In this document: positions 24,037 through 33,025 of the stretch, piece by piece
Layout: each line of letters opens with the position of its first letter
Numbering within the stretch: the first letter of the stretch is position 1
From: Patescibacteria group bacterium
GTDB taxonomy: Bacteria; Patescibacteriota; Minisyncoccia; UBA6257; 02-FULL-45-10c
Length of the DNA stretch: 64,000 nucleotides
Direction of reading: 5' to 3'
NCBI GenBank assembly: GCA_018969615.1
Contig: JAGWYA010000005.1
Span: 1,286 to 65,285, forward strand
Program-made: the position numbers and the translations under genes
Notes under the pieces: generated by a model
Databases searched by the model: none
The model's input: the letters and a program-made list of their open reading frames with translations, nothing else
Told to the model about the DNA's origin: nothing

Positions 24037-24065
24037 GCAGTGGCCCGTAGGGAGTAGGCAGTAGT

Positions 24066-24093
24066 AAAAATTCCGCTGAAGGGCGGAATTTTT
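24066..24093. terminator. bidirectional terminator between convergent genes
   Basis: Stem AAAAATTCCGC/GCGGAATTTTT. A/T runs on both sides. Confidence 0.75.
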
Positions 24094-24139
24094 ATTGGAA
24101 ATTGGATATTGGAAATTATTTCTTCCTACTGCCCACGCG

Positions 24140-25330
24140 CTACTTGCTACGTACTATTTTCTCGTACACTTCCTCCGTCTTTTTCACCATCGTGGTGAGA
24201 TTGAATGATTTGCGGACAGCGGCGTGCGCTGTTTTTTCGATCTCGCGGGCGATCGACGGATTAGCGAGGAGTCCGGTGATCGCATGAGCAAGTTGTGCCG
24301 GGTCGCGCTGAGTGATCATGATGCCGTTCTCATGGCTTTTGATGATCTCTGGGATGCCCCCGGCCTCGGTGACGATGATCGGCAGCTCGGCCGCCATGGC
24401 TTCCAGGAGAATATACGGAAGACCTTCTTTGATGGAGGACATGACGAACATATCAAAGGCCTTCAGATACCGCGCATCATCTCCGGACGGCGGAATAAAA
24501 AAGAATCTATCGCTGACGTTCGACTTTTGACTTTCGACTTTTAGTTTCGGTAATTCCGGTCCATCGCCGATGATGAAGAAAACGCCGCGGGGGACCAAAG
24601 CGGCCGCGCGGATGAGCGTTTCATAGTTCTTTTCCTTGACGATACGTCCGATCGAACCGATCCAAACCTCTCCGACATTTGACATTTGACGTTCGCCGCC
24701 TTCAGCGAGCCTCGCCCCTGGCGGGACTTTTGACTTGCTTAAAATTTCTTCCCGGGCCTTTTCTTTGCTCAGAAATTTTAAGCTTGGATCGATGCCGTTA
24801 TGGATCATGGTGATCTTGTGATCGGGTGTGATGTGAAGTTGGCGGGCAAGCGCGGCATCGTATTCAGAAACGCAGATGATCGCATCCTGGAATTTCGCTG
24901 TGAGCATATGGAGGGCGATATAGAACCAGCGGATCGGTCCTGCGATCGCATTCGTCGGATTGAAGACCCAGCCATGCGCCGTGAAGACGACTTTGATTGG
25001 ATGACTTTCGACTTTAGACTTTCGACTTTTGACTTTATATATTCTGGCCGCGATCGCGCCTAATACCCCGGCTTTTGAACTATTGAGATGAAGAACGTCC
25101 GGCTGTTCGCGTTTGAGAAGGCGGACGATCTCCGCGACCGCGAGCCAGTCATTCGCGAACAGAAACCACGGACGCGTGGCGTTGGAAAGCCAGCGAAGGT
25201 CCTTTCCGCCATAGACGATCTTTGCTTCAAAGCGGTCCCGGGGGAGGCTTTGAGCAAGATCGGTGACGTATTTTTGCGCCCCGCCGACATCGGCTTTCGT
25301 GATTAGATAGAGGACTTTTATCTTTTTCAT
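24140..25330 (-). CDS. GT4-family glycosyltransferase (group-1 glycosyltransferase). Carries three internal heptamer-repeat tracts (24513-24548, 24672-24736, 24988-25045).
   Basis: C-terminal GT4 motif EGLPYILLEAMAAELPIIVTEAGG. N-terminal GT4 domain. The repeat tracts translate as SAKVESQKSNVSD, MSNVGE and KVKSRKSKVESHP. Confidence 0.88.
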   Translation of the reverse strand: MKKIKVLYLITKADVGGAQKYVTDLAQSLPRDRFEAKIVYGGKDLRWLSNATRPWFLFANDWLAVAEIVRLLKREQPDVLHLNSSKAGVLGAIAARIYKVKSRKSKVESHPIKVVFTAHGWVFNPTNAIAGPIRWFYIALHMLTAKFQDAIICVSEYDAALARQLHITPDHKITMIHNGIDPSLKFLSKEKAREEILSKSKVPPGARLAEGGERQMSNVGEVWIGSIGRIVKEKNYETLIRAAALVPRGVFFIIGDGPELPKLKVESQKSNVSDRFFFIPPSGDDARYLKAFDMFVMSSIKEGLPYILLEAMAAELPIIVTEAGGIPEIIKSHENGIMITQRDPAQLAHAITGLLANPSIAREIEKTAHAAVRKSFNLTTMVKKTEEVYEKIVRSK

Positions 25331-25533
25331 ACACTTTTCTTTTGGGAATTAGAAATTGGTTATTAGAAATTTAATCCTACTGCCCACTGCCTACGCACTA
25401 CTTACTTTTTAGCCCCGTATCCTTATTAGCCTTTCCGGTGTTATATACGGTAAAATTACACTATATCACGCTTTTGGCTTTAGGTTATTTACTGCCCACT
25501 TCCTACTGCCTACGTGCTATTTCTATAACACGC

Positions 25534-26712
25534 ATGAAGAATGAAAAGTCTAACATAGCCGTCTTTTCCTTCGCCTACGCCCCTTTTGAAGGAGGCGCTG
25601 AAGTGGCGCTTAGGGAGATCATGCGCCGGCTCCCGGCGTTCTCCTTTACCGTGTTCACGGCTCATTTTGACGAACGAAGCTCGATCCACGAGGTTCAGGA
25701 CCATGTGGAGATCATCCGTCTCGGAAAGCCGACTCGTCGCCGGTATGGCCTGTTGGTGAAAAAGGTCCGTTATATTTTTCAGGCATGGCAGGCGGCGGAA
25801 GAGCGGCACCGCCGCGCGCGGTTCGATGCGATCTGGGTGGTGATGGCATCCTATGGCGGCATCGCCGCGTTGTTGTTCAAGATGAAGCACCCCTCGATCC
25901 CGATGCTTTTGACCGTTCAGGAAGGGGATTCGGAACGGCATTTGAAATACGGCAAATTCGGCCTGGTCGGATTCTTTGGAAAGGTTTTATTGCATTCCGC
26001 CGATGCGATCCAGGTGATCAGCGGATATTTGCGCGATTTTGCGCTCAGGAAGGGCGCGTCGGAACCGATCACGGTCGTGCCGAACGGCGTTGATGAAAAA
26101 TTGTTCGCGACTGCATACGGTCCTGATCAGCTTCGGACCTTGCGGAACTATCTTGAGATCGGCGACGACTATGTGATCGTGACGACCTCGCGGCTCGTTC
26201 CGAAGAACGGCGTTGATATTCTGATCAAGGCGGTCGCCCGGTTCAGGGAGCGCCGCCCGAACGTGAAGTGTCTGATCATCGGCGGCGGACCGGAGCGGCA
26301 ACGCCTCGAAAGGCTTTCCCGCCGTCTGGGCGTCGAGCGGAACATCGTATTTCTCGGACAAATGGCGCAGAATGATCTCCCGCTGTATTTCGCGATCGCG
26401 GACATGTTCGCCCGGCCGTCCCGTTCGGAAGGATTGGGAAATTCGTTCCTTGAGGCAATGGCGGCGGGCATCCCGGTGATCGGAACGCCGGTAGGCGGGA
26501 TCGTGGATTTTTTGAAGGACGGTGAAACGGGATTTCTTGCGCAGCCGGAGGACCCGGAAAGCGTTGCAGCGAAAATGCATGAGATACTGGATAATGAAGC
26601 GCGGACGCAGGCGATCGTTGCGCGGGCGCGCGAACTGGTGGAGCGGTCCTATACCTGGGATGTTGTGGCGCGCATGATGCGGACGATCTTCGATCAATTG
26701 ATCAATCTATGA
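25534..26712 (+). CDS. GT4-family glycosyltransferase
   Basis: EGLGNSFLEAMAAGIPVIGTPVGG motif. Start trimmed to MKNEKSNIAVF (25534). Confidence 0.88.
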   Translation: MKNEKSNIAVFSFAYAPFEGGAEVALREIMRRLPAFSFTVFTAHFDERSSIHEVQDHVEIIRLGKPTRRRYGLLVKKVRYIFQAWQAAEERHRRARFDAIWVVMASYGGIAALLFKMKHPSIPMLLTVQEGDSERHLKYGKFGLVGFFGKVLLHSADAIQVISGYLRDFALRKGASEPITVVPNGVDEKLFATAYGPDQLRTLRNYLEIGDDYVIVTTSRLVPKNGVDILIKAVARFRERRPNVKCLIIGGGPERQRLERLSRRLGVERNIVFLGQMAQNDLPLYFAIADMFARPSRSEGLGNSFLEAMAAGIPVIGTPVGGIVDFLKDGETGFLAQPEDPESVAAKMHEILDNEARTQAIVARARELVERSYTWDVVARMMRTIFDQLINL

Positions 26713-27851
26713 AGAACCTTCTTATCGCGACCGGGATCTATCCGCCGGACATCGGCGGTCCGGCGACATATACCCGCATGCTTCGTTCCGCTCTGGGGGA
26801 TGTTTTTTCTGTTCAGGTCGTTACCTACGGCGAGCACAGCGCTGAAGACGGCGTGGCGCTGACGCGCGTATCGCGTGGCATGCCCAAGGGGATCCGTCAT
26901 TGTATGTATGCGTGGGCGGTGCTGCGCCGGGGATGGCATGCGGACGCGATCTTTGCGCAGGACACGGTGAGCGCTGGTTTTCCGGCAGTATGTGCGAATA
27001 TGATCTTGCGCAAGCCGTTCGTGGTAAAGGTGGTGGGTGATCATGCATGGGAACAGGGAGTGCAGCGGTTCGGCGTTCGGGACGGGATCGATGCTTTTCA
27101 AAAAAAGCGGTACGGCGTGCGTATTGAGCTGATGAAGCGGCTCCGTTCTTTTGTCGCGCGCCGGGCGACTCGTGTGATCGTGCCAAGCGAATATTTGGGG
27201 CGGCTGGTGGAGGGATGGGGTGTTTCGCATGAGCGGATCACAGTGATCTATAATGCGGTCGCGCCGCAGCGGGACCCGGGATCCCGCGATGCTCTGCGGA
27301 AAGAGCTCGGTATGAAAGGTATTGCGATCGTGTCTGCGGGGCGGTTGGTTCCGTGGAAGGGATTTTCTGTTCTTTTGAAAGCGTTCGCCGAAGTGCGATC
27401 CGAGATCCCGGACATCCGATTATTTATCATCGGCGACGGACCTGAGCGGACGCTCCTGGAAGATCAGGTGCGTGATTTAAAAGGTGCGGTCGTATTATGC
27501 GGAAGTTTGCCGCATGCCGCGGTGCAGAAATATCTTCATGCGGCTGATATCTTTGCGTTGAACACGGGGTATGAAGGATTTTCCCATCAGCTTATCGAAG
27601 CGATGGCTGCGGGATTGCCGGTTGTTACGACCGCCGTGGGAGGGAATGGTGAGGCGGTGCGATCTGGTGAGAACGGCATTTTGGTTCCTTATAATGATGA
27701 GCAGGCATTTGCCCAGGCGCTGAAGAGGCTTGCGGTTGATCCTAAACTTCGCGAACGGTATGCCGCGGAAGGAAAGCGTGCGGCGGAACGGTTTAGCGAG
27801 CCGGTAATGATCAATGCGACAAAAAAGATACTTCTCCGCGTATGCCAATGA
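26709..27851 (+). CDS. GT4-family glycosyltransferase
   Basis: EGFSHQLIEAMAAGLPVVTTAVGG motif. 4-nt overlap with the upstream gene, which suggests an operon. Confidence 0.88.
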   Translation: MKNLLIATGIYPPDIGGPATYTRMLRSALGDVFSVQVVTYGEHSAEDGVALTRVSRGMPKGIRHCMYAWAVLRRGWHADAIFAQDTVSAGFPAVCANMILRKPFVVKVVGDHAWEQGVQRFGVRDGIDAFQKKRYGVRIELMKRLRSFVARRATRVIVPSEYLGRLVEGWGVSHERITVIYNAVAPQRDPGSRDALRKELGMKGIAIVSAGRLVPWKGFSVLLKAFAEVRSEIPDIRLFIIGDGPERTLLEDQVRDLKGAVVLCGSLPHAAVQKYLHAADIFALNTGYEGFSHQLIEAMAAGLPVVTTAVGGNGEAVRSGENGILVPYNDEQAFAQALKRLAVDPKLRERYAAEGKRAAERFSEPVMINATKKILLRVCQ

Positions 27852-29005
27852 ATGTTCTTATGTTTTCGACGGATGCGTCCGTGCTTCGACCCGGTTCGGA
27901 AACCCATAAGCGAATGAAGGAATATGGAGAGCTGTTCGACAAGCTCCGGATCGTGGTGTATGCGCCGGGAGCTTCGACGGCGCCGGTGACCGTAAGCGAT
28001 CGCGTGACCGCGTATCCCGTTGGGGTTCAAAAGCGGTGGCGGTATTTCAGCGAGGCGTATCGGACCGGGAGTATGCTTATTAAAGAAAAAGCGGTGACGG
28101 TCATAACCTGCCAGGATCCTTTCGAGACCGGTATGGTCGGATGGATGCTTCGATCCCGTTTTCATATCCCGCTCCAGCTGCAGGTTCATACGGATATCTT
28201 CAGTCCGTTTTTTGCAGCCGAGTCGTTCAAGAATCGCGTACGCGTGATGCTTGCACGATTCCTGCTCCGCCGTGCCGACGGCATCCGCGTCGTCTCCGAG
28301 CGTATTAAGCGATCGCTTTTGACTTTTGACGTTCGACTTTCGACGAAGGTCGCCGTTCTTCCCATCTTCGTAGATGTGAAAAAGATCCAGCAGGCAAAAA
28401 TAAAGGTGGATCTGCATCAAAAATATCCTGAATACGGCAAGATCGTGCTGATGGCATCACGGCTGACGAAAGAAAAGCATATCGGGCTTGCGATCGAGGC
28501 GGTGAAGATACTGAACCGATCATTGGATGGCGAGAGCAATATGCTTTTGGTGATCGTCGGGGACGGTCCTGAAAAAGAACCCCTGGGATCGATGGTTGCG
28601 GCTGCCGGCTTGGGAAAGCATGTCGTATTTGAGCCCTGGACCTTGGATATGGCATCCTATTATAGAACAGCCGATTCCTTTGTATTGACCTCTGATTATG
28701 AGGGATACGGCCGGACCGTGATCGAAGCGATGGCGGCGGGGCTCCCGGTCATTATGACCGACGTGGGGATCGCGGGAGAGCTCTTTGTGGACGGATTGGA
28801 CGGGATCGTGACGCCGGTCGGCGATGCGGGCGCGGTCGCAGAGGCGCTCTGGGTGATGCTGGGCGATGCGGGGCTTCGGGAGGGTTTTATTACGCAGTCA
28901 CTGAAGATCACCGAGTCTTTGGGGGGCAAGAAAGAATATTTGCAGGCCTATCGGGCGGCGCTGGAAGCATGTGTAACGTCGCCAAAGGCGCGTATGAAGA
29001 ACTGA
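27842..29005 (+). CDS. GT4-family glycosyltransferase, with an in-frame heptamer tract at 28314-28345 that encodes LLTFDVRLSTKV
   Basis: EGYGRTVIEAMAAGLPVIMTDVG motif. Confidence 0.88.
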   Translation: MPMNVLMFSTDASVLRPGSETHKRMKEYGELFDKLRIVVYAPGASTAPVTVSDRVTAYPVGVQKRWRYFSEAYRTGSMLIKEKAVTVITCQDPFETGMVGWMLRSRFHIPLQLQVHTDIFSPFFAAESFKNRVRVMLARFLLRRADGIRVVSERIKRSLLTFDVRLSTKVAVLPIFVDVKKIQQAKIKVDLHQKYPEYGKIVLMASRLTKEKHIGLAIEAVKILNRSLDGESNMLLVIVGDGPEKEPLGSMVAAAGLGKHVVFEPWTLDMASYYRTADSFVLTSDYEGYGRTVIEAMAAGLPVIMTDVGIAGELFVDGLDGIVTPVGDAGAVAEALWVMLGDAGLREGFITQSLKITESLGGKKEYLQAYRAALEACVTSPKARMKN

Positions 29006-29007
29006 TC

Positions 29008-29766
29008 ATGGCAAATATTATTGTGATCATACCGACCTATAATGAGCGCGCATCGATCGCGCATCTTTTGGATACGCTTGAGCTTGAGTTCCATGCGATC
29101 CGCGGCCATCAGATGGGCATTTTGATCGTTGACGGTAATTCTCCCGACGGAACGGCTGACATTGTGCGCCGGAAGATCAAAGAGCACGCGAACATCCATC
29201 TCCTGGTGGAACAGCAGAAGCGCGGTTTGGGCATGGCCTATATTGCGGGAATGAAATATGCGGTGCAGCGGCTGAATGCGGATGCCTTTATCGAGTTCGA
29301 CGGCGATTTCCAGCATGATCCGAAGGATATTGCGCGCCTGGTCGCTGCGTTCGACGGGGGATATGACTATGTGATCGGCTCACGGTATGTCGCCGGCGGA
29401 GAAGTGCCCGCGCACTGGCCATGGCACCGGAAGATGCTGAGCCGGTTCGGAAGCTTGTTTGCCAAGGTGGTGTTGCGGCTGCCGACGAACGATAACACGT
29501 CGGGATTGAAGCTGACGCGGGTCCGGGGATTTTTCACGGCGTTGCCGTTGTCCGAAGAAGCACTGCTTTCGAAGCGGTATGCCTATAAGATCCAATTTCT
29601 GCACGCCATGATCGCCGCCGGTGCGCGGGCGAAGGAGGTTCCGATCGCATTCCTGGAGCGGGAAGGCGGCGTTTCAAAGAGCTCGCTGGAGGATGTGACC
29701 GATTCGCTCCGGGTCGTTTTGACGCTGGCCTACCGAGATTTTCAAAAAAGCCCGTCAGGTTTTTAA
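29008..29766 (+). CDS. GT2-family polyprenyl-phosphate sugar synthase (dolichol-phosphate mannosyltransferase, DPM1-like)
   Basis: IIVIIPTYNE...DGNSPDGT...DGDFQHDP motifs. ~250 aa soluble GT2. Start trimmed to MANII (29008). Confidence 0.82.
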   Translation: MANIIVIIPTYNERASIAHLLDTLELEFHAIRGHQMGILIVDGNSPDGTADIVRRKIKEHANIHLLVEQQKRGLGMAYIAGMKYAVQRLNADAFIEFDGDFQHDPKDIARLVAAFDGGYDYVIGSRYVAGGEVPAHWPWHRKMLSRFGSLFAKVVLRLPTNDNTSGLKLTRVRGFFTALPLSEEALLSKRYAYKIQFLHAMIAAGARAKEVPIAFLEREGGVSKSSLEDVTDSLRVVLTLAYRDFQKSPSGF

Positions 29767-29773
29767 GAATCGT

Positions 29774-30808
29774 ATGAAATTACTGATCGTGACCCAAAAA
29801 GTAGACATGAACGATCCGGTGCTCGGATTTTTCCATGCGTGGCTTGAGGAGTTCGCGCGGCAATGCGAACGCGTGACGGTGATCTGCCTGCAGCGGGGCG
29901 AAACGCGTTTGCCGCAGAACGTAACGGTGTATTCGCTCGGCAAGGAACGCCGTCCGTCGCGCGTTGCCTATCTGTGGCGGCTGTATCGCTTTGTGCTCCG
30001 CGAACGGAAGAATTACGACGCGGTGCTGGTGCATATGAATCCGGAGTATGTGATCCTGTGCGGTCCGCTGTGGAAGATACTCGGGAAGCGGGTAGCGCTG
30101 TGGTATACGCATAAAGCCGTGAATATGAAATTACTGATCGCCGCGCGCTGGGCGGATAAGATCTTCACGGCATCCGCGGAAAGCTTCCGGTTGCCGAGCA
30201 AAAAACTTTCCGTGCTGGGGCATGGGATCGACGCTGGGCTGTTTGCGCGCCATCCGTCACATGCTCCTGTGACGCGGTTGCTGACGGTCGGCCGCGTTTC
30301 CGATGCGAAAGATGTGCGTACGCTGATCCTCGGAGTTGGGGAAGTACACGAGCAGCAGCCGGAGGCGCCGTTGGTGTTCGATGTCGTCGGCGGACCGGCG
30401 GTGCGCGCTGACGAATGCTACCTGCATGAGCTGGAGAATCTTGTTGCCTCCTGGGAGCTTGGCGGCGTCGTTCGTTTCCTCGGTGAGCGGACGCATACGG
30501 AACTTCCGGCGATCTATGCGGCGTACGGTCTTTTTCTTCATGCGAGCCGGACGGGGAGCATGGATAAGGTGGTTTTGGAGGCGCTCGCCGCGGGCCTGCC
30601 GGTGATCACCTCGAGCGAAGCATATCCCGGATTCCCGAATGTCCATCGCTTCACGCCGGGCGACCCGCACGCCCTTGCCCGTGGTATCATGAAGATGATA
30701 GCGGAGAAGCCGTCCGCCGCCGATGCCGAGCATGCGCGCTCGTTCATCCGGGAGCGCTACGGACTTGGGACGCTGATCGGCAAGATCGTTCACGCATTGG
30801 AGCACTAA
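29774..30808 (+). CDS. GT4-family glycosyltransferase
   Basis: C-terminal MDKVVLEALAAGLPVITSSEAY. N-terminal GT4-like domain. Confidence 0.82.
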   Translation: MKLLIVTQKVDMNDPVLGFFHAWLEEFARQCERVTVICLQRGETRLPQNVTVYSLGKERRPSRVAYLWRLYRFVLRERKNYDAVLVHMNPEYVILCGPLWKILGKRVALWYTHKAVNMKLLIAARWADKIFTASAESFRLPSKKLSVLGHGIDAGLFARHPSHAPVTRLLTVGRVSDAKDVRTLILGVGEVHEQQPEAPLVFDVVGGPAVRADECYLHELENLVASWELGGVVRFLGERTHTELPAIYAAYGLFLHASRTGSMDKVVLEALAAGLPVITSSEAYPGFPNVHRFTPGDPHALARGIMKMIAEKPSAADAEHARSFIRERYGLGTLIGKIVHALEH

Positions 30809-30811
30809 CGT

Positions 30812-32251
30812 ATGTCTTCCTTCGGATCGCGAAAACACATGGCCGCGTTCGCGCTTATCTTTCTGGCGCTTTTTGTGATCGGAACGTGGAAATTATCGGC
30901 GAGCCCCGCGACCTGGTTCGACGAGGGGATCAATATCGGCATTGCGCAAAGCCTGGTGCAGCACGGCGTATATAACCTGCCTGTCGGGCCGGGGCAGTAT
31001 GTCGCGATGAAGCAATTTTTGGTCACGACCAATTATCCGGTGCTCCTGCCGGTCGCGCTTTCACTGAAACTGTTCGGTACCGGCCTTGCCGCCGCGCGCG
31101 TCCCGATGGTGGTCTATCTGTTCCTGTTCGTTCTTGCGGCGTATCTTTTGGTTCGTCGGATCGCGGGAGAGACTGCTGCGTTGTGGACCGCGGCGTTGAT
31201 CGTGACGTTCGTGCCGTTCTACGGGAACGGGAAGGATGTGCTCGGTGAAGTGCCGGGACTTTTCTTTTTAGTGGCTACCTTGCTGGTTCTTCCGGATGAA
31301 TGGGATGTGATGCGGCTTTTGGGCGCAGGCCTCTTGCTGGGGCTCAGTATTGCGACCAAGCCGTTCTTTTTATTGGTGATCCCCGCGATCGCGGTCGGGG
31401 AATGGTACCGCGCCCGATGGAGCCTTCGAGCCCCGGATCTCTGGAAACGCTTGGGGATGCTTGCGCTCGGCGCGCTGGCGCCGCTTCTCGGCTGGCTGTA
31501 TACGATCCTGCCTGAGCCGTCGGTCGCAGGCGTGGTCGCGATGGTGCATTATTATTCGAACTCATACGCAAGCACGGATATCGGAGGTCTGATCGGCGCC
31601 AATATCCTCCGGTTCGTTACGGAGACGACCCCGATCCACTTCTTCTTACTTGCGATGGCAGCGCTTGCTGCGGTGATCGTGCGTTTGCGCCGCAGCGCCC
31701 GTTTGTGGGAAGCCGAAGTGGTTGCTTATGTTTTCATCGGATTGAACGTGCTGTGGTATCTGAAAACGCCGGGGTGGTACCGTTATTTTTTCCCGGCTCA
31801 TCTGCTGATCTTCTTGTTCGCGCCTGCGGCGCTTCTTGCGCTGTTCCGCAAGCGGACCGCCATGATCATACTCACGGTGCTTTTAGTGATCCAGGCTGGT
31901 TATTTGTTCACGAAGCGAAATGATCCGCTCTATAATTCCGATGAGGCGAATGTCTTTTCGAGCTATGTCCTCGCGCATACGGATCCGGCGAAGACGATCT
32001 TCGTTGCGAACGCGCCGAGCGTTGCGTTCCTTTTGAGCGCGCGCAATCCGTATCAGTATCTGCAGATCAATCCGACGCTTGCCTTCGGCAGCGGTGCCAT
32101 TGTGATGAACGGGAAGGGGGTCTATGATTATATCGTTGTCGATCGGCCGGTTGAAAATATCCTGATCCCGAACCTGACGCAGGTTCTTGCCGCGGATTAT
32201 ACCGCGACTGAAACGGTCGGTCATCTGACCTTATACACGCGAAATTCATGA
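30812..32251 (+). CDS. polytopic membrane protein, a probable GT-C-fold glycosyltransferase (ArnT/PMT-like)
   Basis: About 11 TM helices. N-terminal periplasmic-loop region. C-terminal soluble domain. Located inside the glycosylation operon. Confidence 0.55.
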   Translation: MSSFGSRKHMAAFALIFLALFVIGTWKLSASPATWFDEGINIGIAQSLVQHGVYNLPVGPGQYVAMKQFLVTTNYPVLLPVALSLKLFGTGLAAARVPMVVYLFLFVLAAYLLVRRIAGETAALWTAALIVTFVPFYGNGKDVLGEVPGLFFLVATLLVLPDEWDVMRLLGAGLLLGLSIATKPFFLLVIPAIAVGEWYRARWSLRAPDLWKRLGMLALGALAPLLGWLYTILPEPSVAGVVAMVHYYSNSYASTDIGGLIGANILRFVTETTPIHFFLLAMAALAAVIVRLRRSARLWEAEVVAYVFIGLNVLWYLKTPGWYRYFFPAHLLIFLFAPAALLALFRKRTAMIILTVLLVIQAGYLFTKRNDPLYNSDEANVFSSYVLAHTDPAKTIFVANAPSVAFLLSARNPYQYLQINPTLAFGSGAIVMNGKGVYDYIVVDRPVENILIPNLTQVLAADYTATETVGHLTLYTRNS

Positions 32252-32988
32252 GCACGACACGCCTCACCCTTATTTTCCCGGTCTATAATGCCGCGCCGTT
32301 CCTGCGCGATTCCCTTTCCGTCCTCGGGCAATGGCTGCGCATTCATCCCGAAGCGGATTGCATCTTTGTGAATGATGGAAGCACTGATGAAAGCATGGCG
32401 ATCCTTGAGGAGGCAAAGAAGGATTTTCCGCAGACGTTCCAGATCATCGACATGGGCGCGAACAAAGGGAAGGGAGCGGCGGTCCGTGCGGGGATGCGGC
32501 TGGCAACCGGCGATCTGATCGCGTTCACGGATATCGACCTGCCTTACGGACTTCCGATCTTCGATGCGATGCGGGCCGTCATGGATGAGGATCCGAACCT
32601 TTCTTTTTTATACGGATCACGAAGCCATGCGGATTCCCGTTTCAAGGGATATGGCGCGCTTCGGCATGTCGGGCGGCGATTCTTTTCACTCGCGATCCGT
32701 ACCATGGTCATCACGGACACTTCGGATACGCAATGCGGGATCAAGATGTTCCGCAAGGATTTTGCCGACGTGGTTGCGCACCGGTCCGTGATCGATCGGT
32801 TTGCGTTCGATATTGAGCTGTTTGTGATCGCAAAGGTGAACCATTTTCATGCTATGGATTTTCCGGTGCGGCTGTTGCGTCATCGCGAAAGCAGCGTACG
32901 GATCGTGAAGGATACGATCACGATGTTGAAAGATATGCGCCGTATCCGGGAGCGGATCCGGAGCGGTGCGTATTCCTCATCGGCGTAG
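32248..32988 (+). CDS. GT2-family glycosyltransferase (polyprenyl-phosphate glucosyl/mannosyltransferase, GtrB/DPM-like)
   Basis: IFPVYNAAPFL...VNDGSTDES...FTDIDL(D-x-D) and QCG motifs. Confidence 0.82.
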   Translation: MSTTRLTLIFPVYNAAPFLRDSLSVLGQWLRIHPEADCIFVNDGSTDESMAILEEAKKDFPQTFQIIDMGANKGKGAAVRAGMRLATGDLIAFTDIDLPYGLPIFDAMRAVMDEDPNLSFLYGSRSHADSRFKGYGALRHVGRRFFSLAIRTMVITDTSDTQCGIKMFRKDFADVVAHRSVIDRFAFDIELFVIAKVNHFHAMDFPVRLLRHRESSVRIVKDTITMLKDMRRIRERIRSGAYSSSA

Positions 32989-33025
32989 GGAACCGCGTAC
33001 ACGGATCATCGGTTGTACATACTAT

